Positions 18,872-29,138 of a DNA stretch of 36,199 nt are shown piece by piece. The translations under genes were made by a program, and so were the position numbers. The stretch comes from Thermoproteota archaeon. Lineage in GTDB: Archaea > Korarchaeota > Korarchaeia > Korarchaeales > Korarchaeaceae. The stretch is taken from positions 1 to 36,199 of the forward strand of contig WALU01000003.1 in NCBI GenBank assembly GCA_015522685.1. Direction: 5' to 3'. The notes below the pieces were generated by a model, which was given only the letters and a program-made list of their open reading frames with translations, was not told the DNA's origin and did not search any database. Numbering within the stretch: position 1 is the stretch's first letter; every line of letters starts with the position of its first letter.

Positions 18872-19807
18872 ATGAAGGCAGCTCTGATACCAGCATATAA
18901 CGAGGAATCAAGGATAGCCCCTGTAATATTAAAAGCTAAAAGATATGTAGACATGGTTATAGTGTGCGATGATGGGTCAACGGATCTCACTGGGAAAATA
19001 TCTCGCAGTCTGAAAGCATATGTCGTGAGACATGAGAGGAACATGGGATATGGAGCAGCTCTTCACACTCTCTTCAGTGAAGCAATTAAGAGAGGGGTTG
19101 ATATAGCAGTAACACTGGATGCAGATGGTCAGCATGATCCTGATTTCATCCCCACGCTCATAAAACCGATAGAGAAGGGAGATGCTGATCTGGTTATAGG
19201 GTCCAGGTTCATTAGGGGAGGATCAGCGCCTAGGATTTCCATTTATAGGAGGCTGGCGCTGACACTTCTCAACTTCCTTGGGAGAAAGGCTACGAAGCTT
19301 GAAGTTAGCGATACCCAAAGCGGAATGAGAGCTTATTCTAGGCAGGCCCTTGAGGTTGCCTTGGAATCTATGGAGAAGGGAATGGCTATGAGTCTGGGAA
19401 TTTTGAAGGAGATCAGCGAAGCAGGCCTCAAAGTTGAAGAAATCCCAATTCAAGTGAGCTATGGGATGAGTAAACCCTCAAGAAATCCTCTCCTGCACTT
19501 CTCTGAGCTAATTGCAGCTATCTTAAGGATAGTGCTGGAGGAGAAGCCTCTTCTATATCTAGGTGTTCCTGGAATAATATCTCTATTAATAAGCTTCTAC
19601 TTCGGTTGGTGGATCCTCTCCCTCTATCTCTCTACGAGATATTTCAGTATACCTATGGCTTTAATATCTGTTGGATCCTTGATAACTGGATTTTTGCTGA
19701 TAATAACTTCCTTCCAGCTTTACTCTATATCGAGGATAAGGTTAGAAATAAGGAAGCTGAGAGGAAGTTCAGATGAAAGTAACCATAGAAATAGTTCTTT
19801 AGGCTAA
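18872..19807 (+). CDS. GT2 glycosyltransferase, dolichol-phosphate sugar synthase-like, two C-terminal TM helices
   Basis: IPAYNEE, DDGSTD.T, N.GYG.A, DADGQH, GSRF, DTQSG.RAY. Confidence 0.92.
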   Translation: MKAALIPAYNEESRIAPVILKAKRYVDMVIVCDDGSTDLTGKISRSLKAYVVRHERNMGYGAALHTLFSEAIKRGVDIAVTLDADGQHDPDFIPTLIKPIEKGDADLVIGSRFIRGGSAPRISIYRRLALTLLNFLGRKATKLEVSDTQSGMRAYSRQALEVALESMEKGMAMSLGILKEISEAGLKVEEIPIQVSYGMSKPSRNPLLHFSELIAAILRIVLEEKPLLYLGVPGIISLLISFYFGWWILSLYLSTRYFSIPMALISVGSLITGFLLIITSFQLYSISRIRLEIRKLRGSSDESNHRNSSLG

Positions 19808-19972
19808 AAACTCAACCATAGTCTTTCATGTACTGATGAAAATCCTTCAATACTTATCCATAATAGTACATGATAATCCTTCATTGAACCTTGACATTGC
19901 TCTGAAGAGCTCTCCTTCGCATAATTATCCTCGAAACGTGAAAAATTTTATCTTTTACCCGCCCGAAGCCTT

Positions 19973-21064
19973 ATGCTTGGCATTAGGGATATATTCGATG
20001 CTTGCAATAGGAAGGCATCTCAAGGTTATAGGGTCATAGGAGCTCATATAGGATCTCCCTCTCACAATCCTCCCATATCTATAGCAGATATATTGGCTGA
20101 AATGGGTGAGATTGGTCTCAATTACCTTCCCTTTACAGGTATGAATGAAGCGAAGGAGGCAGTATCCGAATTCGGGAGGCGTTTCCTCAATAGGAAGTAT
20201 GAAGAGGATAAGATATTTATTACTAATGGAGGAGCCCAAGCTCTCTTCGCTGCTACTCTCTCCTCCTACAAGATCAGGAAGGGGAAAATATTAATACCGG
20301 CTCCTGGTTTCGTGCAATATTTTAGTAACTCTGAGGAGTTTTCTTTTCCAATAGAGACCTATAACCCGCTTGCTGAGGACTTGGTTAATGAAATCCTGTC
20401 GAAGGTTCAAGAGGCTTCGTCAGTTCTGATAAATTATCCAAATAATCCCACGGGATACTTACCTTCCAACTCTATCCTTAAGGATCTGTGGGATGAGTTG
20501 AAGAGAAAGAACGTTATGTTGATAAATGATGCAGCCTACTCCCAGATATACTATGGGGAGCCCGTTGAGATAGTTGGCGACATTATAGTAGATACCTTTA
20601 GTAAGACATTCGCTATTCCCGGAATGAGAGCTGGCTACATCTATTGGGGGACTGAAAGAAGCGAGCAAGTTGGTACTCTCATATATCTAACTAGCGCTGG
20701 GGTTTCAGAGGTTGTCCAAAGGTTGATAATAAGGATGATTGAATCTGCCAGTGAGGAGTACTTCCAGGGAGTGAGAGCTTACTATAAGAAGCTGAGAGAC
20801 TTGGTCGTAAGGGAGGCTAGATCAGCTGAGCTTGAGTTTCCCTATCCAATGGGGGCCTTCTATCTCTACGCAAGGCATCCCAAGATAGCTAACTCTGAGG
20901 AGCTAGCGAAAAGCCTTTTAGGGAGAGAAGACTATGTTGTAGGGATAGTTCCAGCTACTTCTTTCAATGGGGATAAAGAATGGTTCAGAATAAGCTATGG
21001 AAGACTTAGCGATAAGGAAATATTACTACTCTTTAGGATAATAAGTAAAACTGCTGAATCCTGA
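19973..21064 (+). CDS. PLP-dependent aminotransferase class I/II
   Basis: TNGGAQAL, NYPNNPTG, NDAAY, FSKTFAIPG.R.GY (PLP Lys), GAFY, FRISY. Confidence 0.93.
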   Translation: MLGIRDIFDACNRKASQGYRVIGAHIGSPSHNPPISIADILAEMGEIGLNYLPFTGMNEAKEAVSEFGRRFLNRKYEEDKIFITNGGAQALFAATLSSYKIRKGKILIPAPGFVQYFSNSEEFSFPIETYNPLAEDLVNEILSKVQEASSVLINYPNNPTGYLPSNSILKDLWDELKRKNVMLINDAAYSQIYYGEPVEIVGDIIVDTFSKTFAIPGMRAGYIYWGTERSEQVGTLIYLTSAGVSEVVQRLIIRMIESASEEYFQGVRAYYKKLRDLVVREARSAELEFPYPMGAFYLYARHPKIANSEELAKSLLGREDYVVGIVPATSFNGDKEWFRISYGRLSDKEILLLFRIISKTAES

Positions 21065-21096
21065 GTTGAACTAATGGGATGAATGATTCTTTTCTC

Positions 21097-21759
21097 TTAT
21101 TGGCATAGAAGCGAGATCATATATCCGAGAAGGATTGTAGGGATCATGGGGTATGTTGGAGTTATCCACTTGCCTTCTTCCTTAACTTCACTTGGTTCTA
21201 AAGATGATAGTGATGCACTAAGGACGAACTTTCTCCTCCCATCTTCTTGTATTTCAGCTATGGTGGCTCCCTTGGAGAAATGCTTTGAGTAGGGGGATAA
21301 GAGGAATAGAGCGAGAATTTTTCTCCATAGAGGTTCTTCAAATCCTTCCAGAAGCTTTGGCTCTCTTTTGACCCTAATGACGTTTATCGCGAACTGAAGT
21401 GGTATTAGGAGCATCATGATCACTTTAGAGAGTAGATACACAACAAGAGGAGATGGTAAGTTAAAGGAGATACTCATATCCGTTATCATCAGGGAGGCAT
21501 AGGCTAGTATATCAGCTTCTCCACTGATAGATAACTTCCACTCTATCAAAATAAGGGCTCCTATAAGCAAAAGTAGTGGGTAGGCCTTAGACAAATAGAG
21601 AATAGTATCCTTAAGGTAATAAGCCCTGAGCCCTATTCCGAATATTGCCCCCAGCAGCCATATGCGATCCGGAACCTCCCTACTCTTTAGATCGTAGATG
21701 CTAGCAGCTGTCAGCATCGATATGTTTAACACAATTCCTATAACTCCTTGGGTGTTCAC
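21097..21759 (-). CDS. A24 family prepilin/preflagellin peptidase (PibD/FlaK-like)
   Basis: ASIYDLKSREV and GEADIL catalytic Asp motifs; C-terminal WITPTYPMIP; multiple TM segments. Confidence 0.85.
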   Translation of the reverse strand: MNTQGVIGIVLNISMLTAASIYDLKSREVPDRIWLLGAIFGIGLRAYYLKDTILYLSKAYPLLLLIGALILIEWKLSISGEADILAYASLMITDMSISFNLPSPLVVYLLSKVIMMLLIPLQFAINVIRVKREPKLLEGFEEPLWRKILALFLLSPYSKHFSKGATIAEIQEDGRRKFVLSASLSSLEPSEVKEEGKWITPTYPMIPTILLGYMISLLCQ

Positions 21760-22174
21760 TTACCAATCCTCCTTGGAAATTCAGTATTTTATAGTGCGCG
21801 GAGATGTTTATATATTGCTGGATCCAGATATACTGGCAAACAGGTTCTCATACACTCCCATTGGAGGAAATGAGGCATAGTTATTCCTATCCTCTAAAGG
21901 ATCTTCAAATTTAGGTCACCTCTCTCTTCATTAGGACAGGTATTCTCCTCCTATCCAATTTCTCCATAAGTCTCATCTTAAGGAGGCTTGGCTTCAAGAT
22001 ATCTATCTAGATATATCTATTTGTTTATGTAGCCTTTCGGTCCCTACCTTAAATAAATCCTTTTATCCTCCAAAATCAAGACAGTCTTATAAGGCACTTT
22101 GCTGAGAAGCAAGTCTGCTGATAATTACATTATCGAATAGATATCATTATAACCTATCCTCTACTAGAATTCAT

Positions 22175-22651
22175 ATGAGAATAGCTATACCAACACAAGA
22201 TCCTAATGGTCTTGAAGCAATAGTAAGTCCTAATTTCGCTAGAACCCCCTTCATCACCATAGTTGACTTGAATGGCGGGATGAAAGCGAGTTCTAACCCC
22301 AATTCATATGCTCAGGGTGGAGGAGGAGTAGGCCCAATGGTGGCGCAGCAGGTCATGGGAATGGGTGTTCAGACTGTTATAGCGCCATCGGTAGGCCCAA
22401 ATGCATTAGGAGCCCTCGCCTCAGCAGGAATATCTGTTTACACATGTCCACCAGGGGTCAGGGTAAGAGAAGTTGTGGAGATGTTTAAGGCAGGAAACCT
22501 GTCTCCTGCCATATCTTCTCAGCCACCAGCAATGGGTATGGGTCCCGGTATGGGTGGAATGGGAAGAGGTAGAGGTATGGGTGGCTGGGGAAGAGGTGGA
22601 GGAAAAGGCGGAGGCTGGGGAAGAAGAAGAGGCGGAGGAATGGGCTGGTAG
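22175..22651 (+). CDS. NifB/NifX-family (dinitrogenase FeMo-cofactor biosynthesis-like) protein with Gly/Arg-rich tail
   Basis: MRIAIPT, FARTP.I.IVD, GGG.GP, VGPNA..AL..AGI.VY; low-complexity GMGRGRG tail. Confidence 0.88.
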   Translation: MRIAIPTQDPNGLEAIVSPNFARTPFITIVDLNGGMKASSNPNSYAQGGGGVGPMVAQQVMGMGVQTVIAPSVGPNALGALASAGISVYTCPPGVRVREVVEMFKAGNLSPAISSQPPAMGMGPGMGGMGRGRGMGGWGRGGGKGGGWGRRRGGGMGW

Positions 22652-22687
22652 CTTTTTAATCTCTCTTACCCATTCACTTTTTTCTTA
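22652..22687 (+). terminator. T-rich archaeal terminator-like tract
   Basis: ctttttaatctctcttacccattcacttttttctt directly after the stop codon. Confidence 0.4.
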
Positions 22688-22726
22688 ATATCTAATCTGA
22701 GAGATTGAGTTTCAAATAATCAAGTA

Positions 22727-22973
22727 TCATTAGTTAAGCAGGAGATAAGAAGGATCATACTTGTCGCCCAACAGTTCTTCTTCGACATCGGTGCTATAGG
22801 AAGCGCCTCGCTTGAGAGTTACCTAGCCACTATATGTAACCTTATATAATCAACCAAACCCTTGTTTGATTGAACTGGTGAGATATAATATGTCCTTCTG
22901 GACCGCAGGCTTCATCACTGTCATAGTAAAGATATTATCCACTCTTTACGTAACAGGGCTAAGGAAATACTAG
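22727..22973 (+). pseudogene. possible relic of an MFS transporter C-terminus
   Basis: Two frames read SLVKQEIRRIILVAQQFFFDIGAIGSASLESYLA and VRYNMSFWTAGFITVIVKIL, resembling MFS TM11-TM12; no start, broken by a stop. Confidence 0.3.
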
Positions 22974-23123
22974 ACTATGAAATGATTGCTCATAATTAAC
23001 TTGCATTAAAGGCTTCAAGAGGAAGCTGATTACAATCCATCGCAAGCTAGTGAAAAGAAGGGATATAAGTTAGAGACCACTTTAGGTTATTGATGTTTAA
23101 AGCTATGTACTAGCTTAGTCCTT

Positions 23124-23594
23124 GTGGCCGGCAAGGGATCTTCGAAGGATGACTTAGATAATCTCGACATTGAGATACTCAGACTGCTTCAATCTAATTC
23201 TAGAACTCCTTTCTCTGATATATCAAGGAAACTAGGGGTTCCAGAGACCACAATAAGATATAGAATCAAAAAATTATTGGAAAAAAGGGTTATAAGAGGC
23301 TTCTATACACTAGTCGAGCCGAGTAAGGTAGGCTTTCCCTTCTCAATAATAATACTTGCAGATATAGACCCGGATAGATTAAATTACATATTCGATGAGC
23401 TCAGGAGCATACCTGAAGCGACTCATGTCTTCAAGTTGACCGGTAAGTATAACATAGTTGCAATATTTCACGTCAGGAGCATGAATCAAATCTCAGAGAT
23501 AGATGAGAAGATAAGGTCATTGGAAGGTATCAAATCCGCTGAAACACTTTTAGTTACGGGATTGGTTCATATAAATCCTGAACTTCCGATTTAG
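23124..23594 (+). CDS. Lrp/AsnC family transcriptional regulator
   Basis: LDNLDIEILRLLQ.NSR..FSDI...LGV.ETTIRYRIKKL..K.VI.G; TGKY in the RAM domain. Confidence 0.95.
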   Translation: MAGKGSSKDDLDNLDIEILRLLQSNSRTPFSDISRKLGVPETTIRYRIKKLLEKRVIRGFYTLVEPSKVGFPFSIIILADIDPDRLNYIFDELRSIPEATHVFKLTGKYNIVAIFHVRSMNQISEIDEKIRSLEGIKSAETLLVTGLVHINPELPI

Positions 23595-23852
23595 TCTCTT
23601 TCTCAGGAATGGAGGTTTTTGCTGAGTTAGATCTAAGAGGGTATACCACTGGAAGATTGCTAGCTAGTGAAAACTCTGAAGGACAGGCAATCAGGACTTA
23701 GAAGAGACTTCACATGTAGTATAAGGTGTTATAAGATTCTTCACATCAATTTAATTTAACGGATTAATCTTGTTCAATCTACAATGATCTTTTACTAAAT
23801 TCTTAGATAATGTTATTATGGGAGTGACGGATATACTAAGGGAATTAACAAA

Positions 23853-24353
23853 TTGACAAGTTACCTCTCAAAGCTAGCATATAGAATAGTCGCTGGAATA
23901 GGCTTTATACTTCTAATTGCAAGCTTTCTGTTACCATGGATTGCCTTTAGAATTCCTCTATCTGGGGAGGAGGGATACACTCTCCTAAAGTTCATAGAGT
24001 CAGTGAGTGAGATGCAATTGGCCTATAATCTAGGCGGAGAAGGATTCGGAGTCTTATATCTAGCTTTAATATTCCTAATTGTTTCTCTAGTCATGGCATT
24101 TGCCTCTCTATTTTGGATTCCGGCATCGATAATATCTGGAGGTTCTGGTCTAATGTCGGCGGGCCTTTGGATCGTAGAGATGGAGGCTCTGAAGGTGAGT
24201 GTGGAGGCTCATATGCCAAAGATTGGTAAGGCATTATCTAACTTTATAGGGATAGGCTCAGGTGTCATACTTGCCATAGCTGGTTCAATAATAATGATCA
24301 TAGATTTTGTTGCCGGATTTGACTTTGGAGAATCTGAGAAACTCGGGAAGTAA
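23853..24353 (+). CDS. hypothetical membrane protein (about 4 TM)
   Basis: 166-aa ORF with four hydrophobic stretches; FLLPW motif. Confidence 0.7.
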   Translation: MTSYLSKLAYRIVAGIGFILLIASFLLPWIAFRIPLSGEEGYTLLKFIESVSEMQLAYNLGGEGFGVLYLALIFLIVSLVMAFASLFWIPASIISGGSGLMSAGLWIVEMEALKVSVEAHMPKIGKALSNFIGIGSGVILAIAGSIIMIIDFVAGFDFGESEKLGK

Positions 24354-24742
24354 AGTGAAGAAATAATCTCATCCCTACAATTTCTCATCATCAGCCAGTA
24401 TTACATCCCTTAAAGGATGTAAATGGCAGAGAAGTAGGGTATTATAACCCCCTTGGCTTGGCTCAGCAATTATAGGCTCTTAGCTAGAAGATATTTCTCT
24501 ACATACAACCGCGATCATTCCTAAACATACCTACTCCCTCTTAATGTACATCAGCTATAAACCCGGAGTAATCTCTACTCCATCTAAAACTATCCCCTAT
24601 CATATTTCATACCATAAATTCCATTGGATATGAGAAAATTAAAGCTTGCATCATAGCTGAACGATTGATATCACTACTCAAGTTTTCCCCAAAGTGGGCA
24701 ATAATTTAAAGAATTCTGGCTAAAATACCTTAGCGTTACGAT

Positions 24743-26908
24743 ATGGAGGTTGAGCTATTGGCTCTAATAATAGTATCAAACAGGTTGCCTTTTCGGATTG
24801 CCGAGACAATTTCCGGTTATCAAATGATCCCAAGCATAGGAGGGCTGGCAACAGGCCTAGGTTCCTTCTATATGGATTACAAAGCTGAATGGATAGGATG
24901 GCCTGGAGAGATAGAGAAAAATGAAAAGGTAGTGGATCTTCTAGCTAAGCATAACTGCTTTCCCATATTCCTCCCAAGGAAGCTTGTGAGAGGTTACTAT
25001 CGTGGATTCTCGAATAAAACAATATGGCCTCTCTTTCATGGTTTTACAACATATGCAGTTTTCTCAAGATCAGATTGGGAGAGTTACAGGGAAGTAAACT
25101 CATTATTTGCTGACAAGGTTGAGGAGATGGCTAAGCCGGGAGATAAAATATGGATTCATGACTATCACCTCATGCTCCTCCCTAAGATGTTGAGAGAACG
25201 TAATCTGGGCATTTCAATAGGTTTCTTCCTTCATATCCCTTTCCCAAGTTATGATATCTTCAGGCTCCTTCCATGGCGTAAGAAATTGATTGAGGGAATT
25301 TTAGGAGCTGACCTCATAGGTTTTCATACTTATGACTATGCTCAGTCCTTTCTAGAAGCTGTTGCTAGGATTATGGGATATGAGAACAAAGTGGACCTCA
25401 TAGAAGTTGGAGAGAGGCTTGTTCAAGTGGATGTCTTCCCTATGGGAATCGATTTCGAGAGGTTCTCCAAGACAGCTGATTCCTCTGAGGTTAAAGAGGA
25501 AGTTGAGAGGATAAAGAGGAGAGTAGGTAAGAGGAGAATAATACTCTCAATGTCTCGCCTTGATTATACAAAGGGACCTCTCCATCATCTAATGGCATTT
25601 GAAGGGCTGCTTAAAAATCATCCAGAGTGGAGAGAGAAGGTAACTTACATATTCGTGGTCTCCCCTTCAAGGGAGGAGGTTGAGCACTACTCCCAGCTGA
25701 AAGCTAAGATAGATGGGACTATTGGAAAAATAAATGGGAAATATGGAATCCTAGGATGGGTACCTGTCTGGTACATGTACCGTTATCTTGATTTCAGGGA
25801 GCTGGTAGCTCTTTACTCTGTAGCGGATGTGGCCTTAATCCTACCGATAAGTGATGGGATGAATCTCATGGCCAAGGAATATCTGGCATCAATGAACCAC
25901 TTAGAAGGGGCTTTAGTGATAAGCGAAACTGCTGGAGCGGCTAAAGAACTCTTAGAGGCATTTAAGGTTAATCCAAACAATATAGAGGAGGTTTCTGAGA
26001 CGATCGATAGGGCCCTCAAGATGGAGAAGGATGAGCTTAGGAGGAGAAATAAGGCTATGAGAGAAAGAATAAAGAAATTTAACGTAAGATACTGGGCAGA
26101 TAGCTTCCTGAATAGGCTTGATGAAGTGGTTGAAAGGACGAAGGATCTTGAGATAAAGATTCTATCCAACAAAATCAGAGATGAGATAATAGAAGCATAT
26201 AGAAGGGCGAGGAATCCACTCCTAATATTGGACTATGATGGAACCTTAGTTCCAATAGTAGATGAGCCTAAAAAGGCAAAGCCTACCGAGGGAGTTAAGA
26301 GACTACTATCCAAGCTTTCCAAGAGAGGCAAGGTTGTTGTGATAAGTGGGAGAGACAGGTTTTCTCTAGATGATTGGCTGGGTGACCTGGAGGTTACCTT
26401 GGTAGCGGAACATGGAGGATGGACGAAAATTGGAGGGAAATGGAGAACGACAGCACCCATAGATATATCTTGGAAGAATATGATAAGGCCCCTACTCAAT
26501 CTCTTCGTGAGGAGGATCCCAGGTTCCTTCGTTGAGGAGAAAGATTTCTCATTAGCTTGGCATTACAGAAAGGCAGATTTAAGGATAGCGAGAGAGGCCG
26601 TCAGGGAGATAGTTCATGCATTAATGAACCTCACGGCAGGTATAAACGTGATTGTCTTGGCTGGCAAGATGGTTGTTGAGGTTAAACAGGCGGGCATAAA
26701 CAAGGGGAACTTCTTTCGTAGCATAGCTAACGAGGGATGGGACTTTATACTAGCTGCTGGTGACGATGCAGCAGACGAATCCCTCTTTTCAGCACTGCCG
26801 GATCAAGCTTACTCTCTGAGGATAGGATATGCTGCTACATCAGCTAGATACAGCCTCAGAAGGAGGGAAGATCTAATAGATCTCTTGGAGAAGCTAGCGG
26901 GAGGATAA
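24743..26908 (+). CDS. tpsp: bifunctional trehalose-6-phosphate synthase/phosphatase (GT20-HAD fusion, TPSP)
   Basis: VSNRLP, GGLA, WIGWPG, HDYHL, FLHIPFP, RLDYTKG, DGMNL.AKEY; HAD part LDYDGTL, SGR, EHG, WHYR, NKG, GDD..DE. Confidence 0.95.
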   Translation: MEVELLALIIVSNRLPFRIAETISGYQMIPSIGGLATGLGSFYMDYKAEWIGWPGEIEKNEKVVDLLAKHNCFPIFLPRKLVRGYYRGFSNKTIWPLFHGFTTYAVFSRSDWESYREVNSLFADKVEEMAKPGDKIWIHDYHLMLLPKMLRERNLGISIGFFLHIPFPSYDIFRLLPWRKKLIEGILGADLIGFHTYDYAQSFLEAVARIMGYENKVDLIEVGERLVQVDVFPMGIDFERFSKTADSSEVKEEVERIKRRVGKRRIILSMSRLDYTKGPLHHLMAFEGLLKNHPEWREKVTYIFVVSPSREEVEHYSQLKAKIDGTIGKINGKYGILGWVPVWYMYRYLDFRELVALYSVADVALILPISDGMNLMAKEYLASMNHLEGALVISETAGAAKELLEAFKVNPNNIEEVSETIDRALKMEKDELRRRNKAMRERIKKFNVRYWADSFLNRLDEVVERTKDLEIKILSNKIRDEIIEAYRRARNPLLILDYDGTLVPIVDEPKKAKPTEGVKRLLSKLSKRGKVVVISGRDRFSLDDWLGDLEVTLVAEHGGWTKIGGKWRTTAPIDISWKNMIRPLLNLFVRRIPGSFVEEKDFSLAWHYRKADLRIAREAVREIVHALMNLTAGINVIVLAGKMVVEVKQAGINKGNFFRSIANEGWDFILAAGDDAADESLFSALPDQAYSLRIGYAATSARYSLRRREDLIDLLEKLAGG

Positions 26909-26914
26909 AATGAA

Positions 26915-27853
26915 GTGAAGATTTTAGCTGTCGATGTAGGTGGGACCTACCTAAGGATCGCTCTATTCGAAGATAGGAAATTGATGAGGAAGATAAAGAC
27001 CAGAACCCCCATCACAGGAGGGAGGCTAGAGATTGCAGAGGAGATACATAGGTTAGCTGTCGAGCTTGGAGGAGAAGTGGATGAGGTAGGTGTGGCTATT
27101 GCGGGCCTCATAGATATTAGAAGAGGCGATGTGATTAAGATGCCAAATAACCCGATCAGAAGCTTCCCACTCAAAATGCCCCTAGAGAAAATGCTAGCTG
27201 CTCCTGTTTTGGTACTGAATGACTGTGTGGCTGCAGCATGGGGGGAGCATATCTCCAGAAGTGTAGATAATCTTGTCTATCTAACCTTAAGCACTGGAAT
27301 AGGTGCAGGTGTTGTGGTGAATGGAAATTTACTCCTAGGGAAGGATGGGAACGCCCACGAAGTAGGTCATATAACCCTAGACTATAAAGGGAGGAGATGC
27401 GGATGCGGAGGCAAGGGACACTGGGAAGCTCTGGCCTCAGGTTCATCGATTCCATTATTCTCAAAGGAATTGGCATCTAAATGGAGAGGAGAGAAAACTA
27501 GAGCTTGGAAATTGGCTTCGAATGGAGAGATTAGTCCACCTGAGCTATTCTCCCTCTGGAGAGATGAGGATACATTTGCGGAGGAGGTGGTTCTAGAACT
27601 CGCGAGGATAAATGCTGCTGGCATATCATCGGTGGTAAACGTTTATGATCCGGAGGTCTTGGTGATGGGAGGAAGCATTGCTCTCAATAATAGGGACTTT
27701 GTTGAGCTTATCCTCAAGGAAGTCAAGGAATATATAACTAATAGGATGCCTCTAGTTGATTTAACGCGCAGCGGTGAAGATGCTGTGCTGAAAGGGATCA
27801 CCCTCTCCATACTGAGAAGACCTAGGACCTTGGATTTCCTCCTAAAAGATTGA
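26915..27853 (+). CDS. glk: ROK family sugar kinase (ATP-dependent gluco/hexokinase)
   Basis: VDVGGT, LND..AAA.GE, STGIGAG, EVGH, CGCGGKGHWE. Confidence 0.88.
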   Translation: MKILAVDVGGTYLRIALFEDRKLMRKIKTRTPITGGRLEIAEEIHRLAVELGGEVDEVGVAIAGLIDIRRGDVIKMPNNPIRSFPLKMPLEKMLAAPVLVLNDCVAAAWGEHISRSVDNLVYLTLSTGIGAGVVVNGNLLLGKDGNAHEVGHITLDYKGRRCGCGGKGHWEALASGSSIPLFSKELASKWRGEKTRAWKLASNGEISPPELFSLWRDEDTFAEEVVLELARINAAGISSVVNVYDPEVLVMGGSIALNNRDFVELILKEVKEYITNRMPLVDLTRSGEDAVLKGITLSILRRPRTLDFLLKD

Positions 27854-27983
27854 CTTCTGTCAATGCTGAGGAATCAATAGCTTACTATCTTCTACCTAAC
27901 TCTCAGCAATCAGCTACGATCTAAATAAATAAGAAAATAAGAAGTCTTTATTACCTTATTAAATGGTAGCTTTCGTTTAAAGG

Positions 27984-29072
27984 GTGAGATCTTTGATATG
28001 TGAATATGATATAGTGTCAGGAGGTCCGCTACCAGATGAAGCAAGGGAGATACTTGAGGGATATAGAGTTTATGAAGCCAAAGGCAGCCAGAATATATGG
28101 AGCAAGGCAAGAAAATCAAGAGTCTTCATAAACTGGCGCACGAGAGTTAGTAAGGAGATGCTTGCAGATGCTGAATGCTTAAAACTTATTATAACTAGGA
28201 GCACAGGTTATGATCATATAAATGTTAAGGCTGCTGAGCAGTCCGGAGTATGTGTTGCAAATCAACCTGAGCTGATAAATGAGGCTGTTGCTGAATCCGT
28301 GGTTGCAGGTATATTAGCAATGACGAGAATGGTCCTGCTTGGTCATGAGTATGTGATAAGTGGGGAATGGTCTAGGAGAGGATGGCCCTACCATCTGCGT
28401 GGAACGCTGATCCGAGGTAGGAGCTTAGGTCTCTTGGGAGCTGGTTGGATAGCATCTAGAGTGGCTCAGATTATGGGTAGCTTAGGAGCATCTCCTCTTT
28501 TATACTACTCTAGATCAAGAAAACCTTGGTTGGAAGCATCCCTTGGAGCTAAGAAGGTGGGTCTTAAGGAACTCTTCTCAAGCTCAGATATACTGATCAA
28601 TATCTTGCCCTTATCTAAGGAGACAAGGGATCTGATAAAGATAGATCTTCTCAGGAGACTTCCTAAAAACTCCATATATGTAAATGTCGGGAGAGGAAAA
28701 ACTGAAGATGCGGGGGCTATCTTTCAACTAGCTATAGAGAGACCTGATGTTTACCTATTCTTGGATGTGCATCGAGATGAGCCCTTGCCCGAGGATGATA
28801 ATCTTGTAAGGCTGGCTAGGAAAAGAAGTAATATCCTGCTGGCGCCTCACTTCGCTGGTTACTCTCAGGAATCATTCTATGGGGTGGCGCTGCTGACAGC
28901 CATCCAAGCCAGGGATTATCTTGAGGAAGGTTGCACATGGAATCCTGTAAATGATGTGTGTAGTACATGCATGACGATAAAGCCAAGCCTTGATGAGGCT
29001 ATAAAAACCGCTAGATTATCCCTTGAGAAGGAGAGATCTACTGAGGATTATTTTAGATCTCTACAGGTCTAA
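27984..29072 (+). CDS. D-isomer-specific 2-hydroxyacid dehydrogenase
   Basis: STGYDHI, AVAE, LGAGWIA (Rossmann), NVGRG, DV..DEP, PHFAG (Arg/Glu/His triad). Confidence 0.9.
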   Translation: MRSLICEYDIVSGGPLPDEAREILEGYRVYEAKGSQNIWSKARKSRVFINWRTRVSKEMLADAECLKLIITRSTGYDHINVKAAEQSGVCVANQPELINEAVAESVVAGILAMTRMVLLGHEYVISGEWSRRGWPYHLRGTLIRGRSLGLLGAGWIASRVAQIMGSLGASPLLYYSRSRKPWLEASLGAKKVGLKELFSSSDILINILPLSKETRDLIKIDLLRRLPKNSIYVNVGRGKTEDAGAIFQLAIERPDVYLFLDVHRDEPLPEDDNLVRLARKRSNILLAPHFAGYSQESFYGVALLTAIQARDYLEEGCTWNPVNDVCSTCMTIKPSLDEAIKTARLSLEKERSTEDYFRSLQV

Positions 29073-29138
29073 ATGAACTAAAATGCATGCATGAAGGCTT
29101 CCGTGACTAGTCTATCAGCTTGCTCGCTCATTTAATTT

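Noticed and set aside
21097-21759. Pilus or archaellum locus around the prepilin peptidase
   Set aside because: No pilin, ATPase or TadC-like genes nearby; stand-alone peptidases are common in archaea
22175-22651. Nitrogen fixation, suggested by the NifB/NifX label
   Set aside because: The family is widespread in non-diazotrophs, and no nifHDK genes are present
23609-23701. 30-aa ORF MEVFAELDLRGYTT... with a TusA-like LDLRG start
   Set aside because: Similarity is limited to five residues and the rest does not fit; likely chance
24370-24610. Minus-strand fragments (FIADVH) hinting at a metallophosphoesterase relic
   Set aside because: Too many stops and too short a match to support
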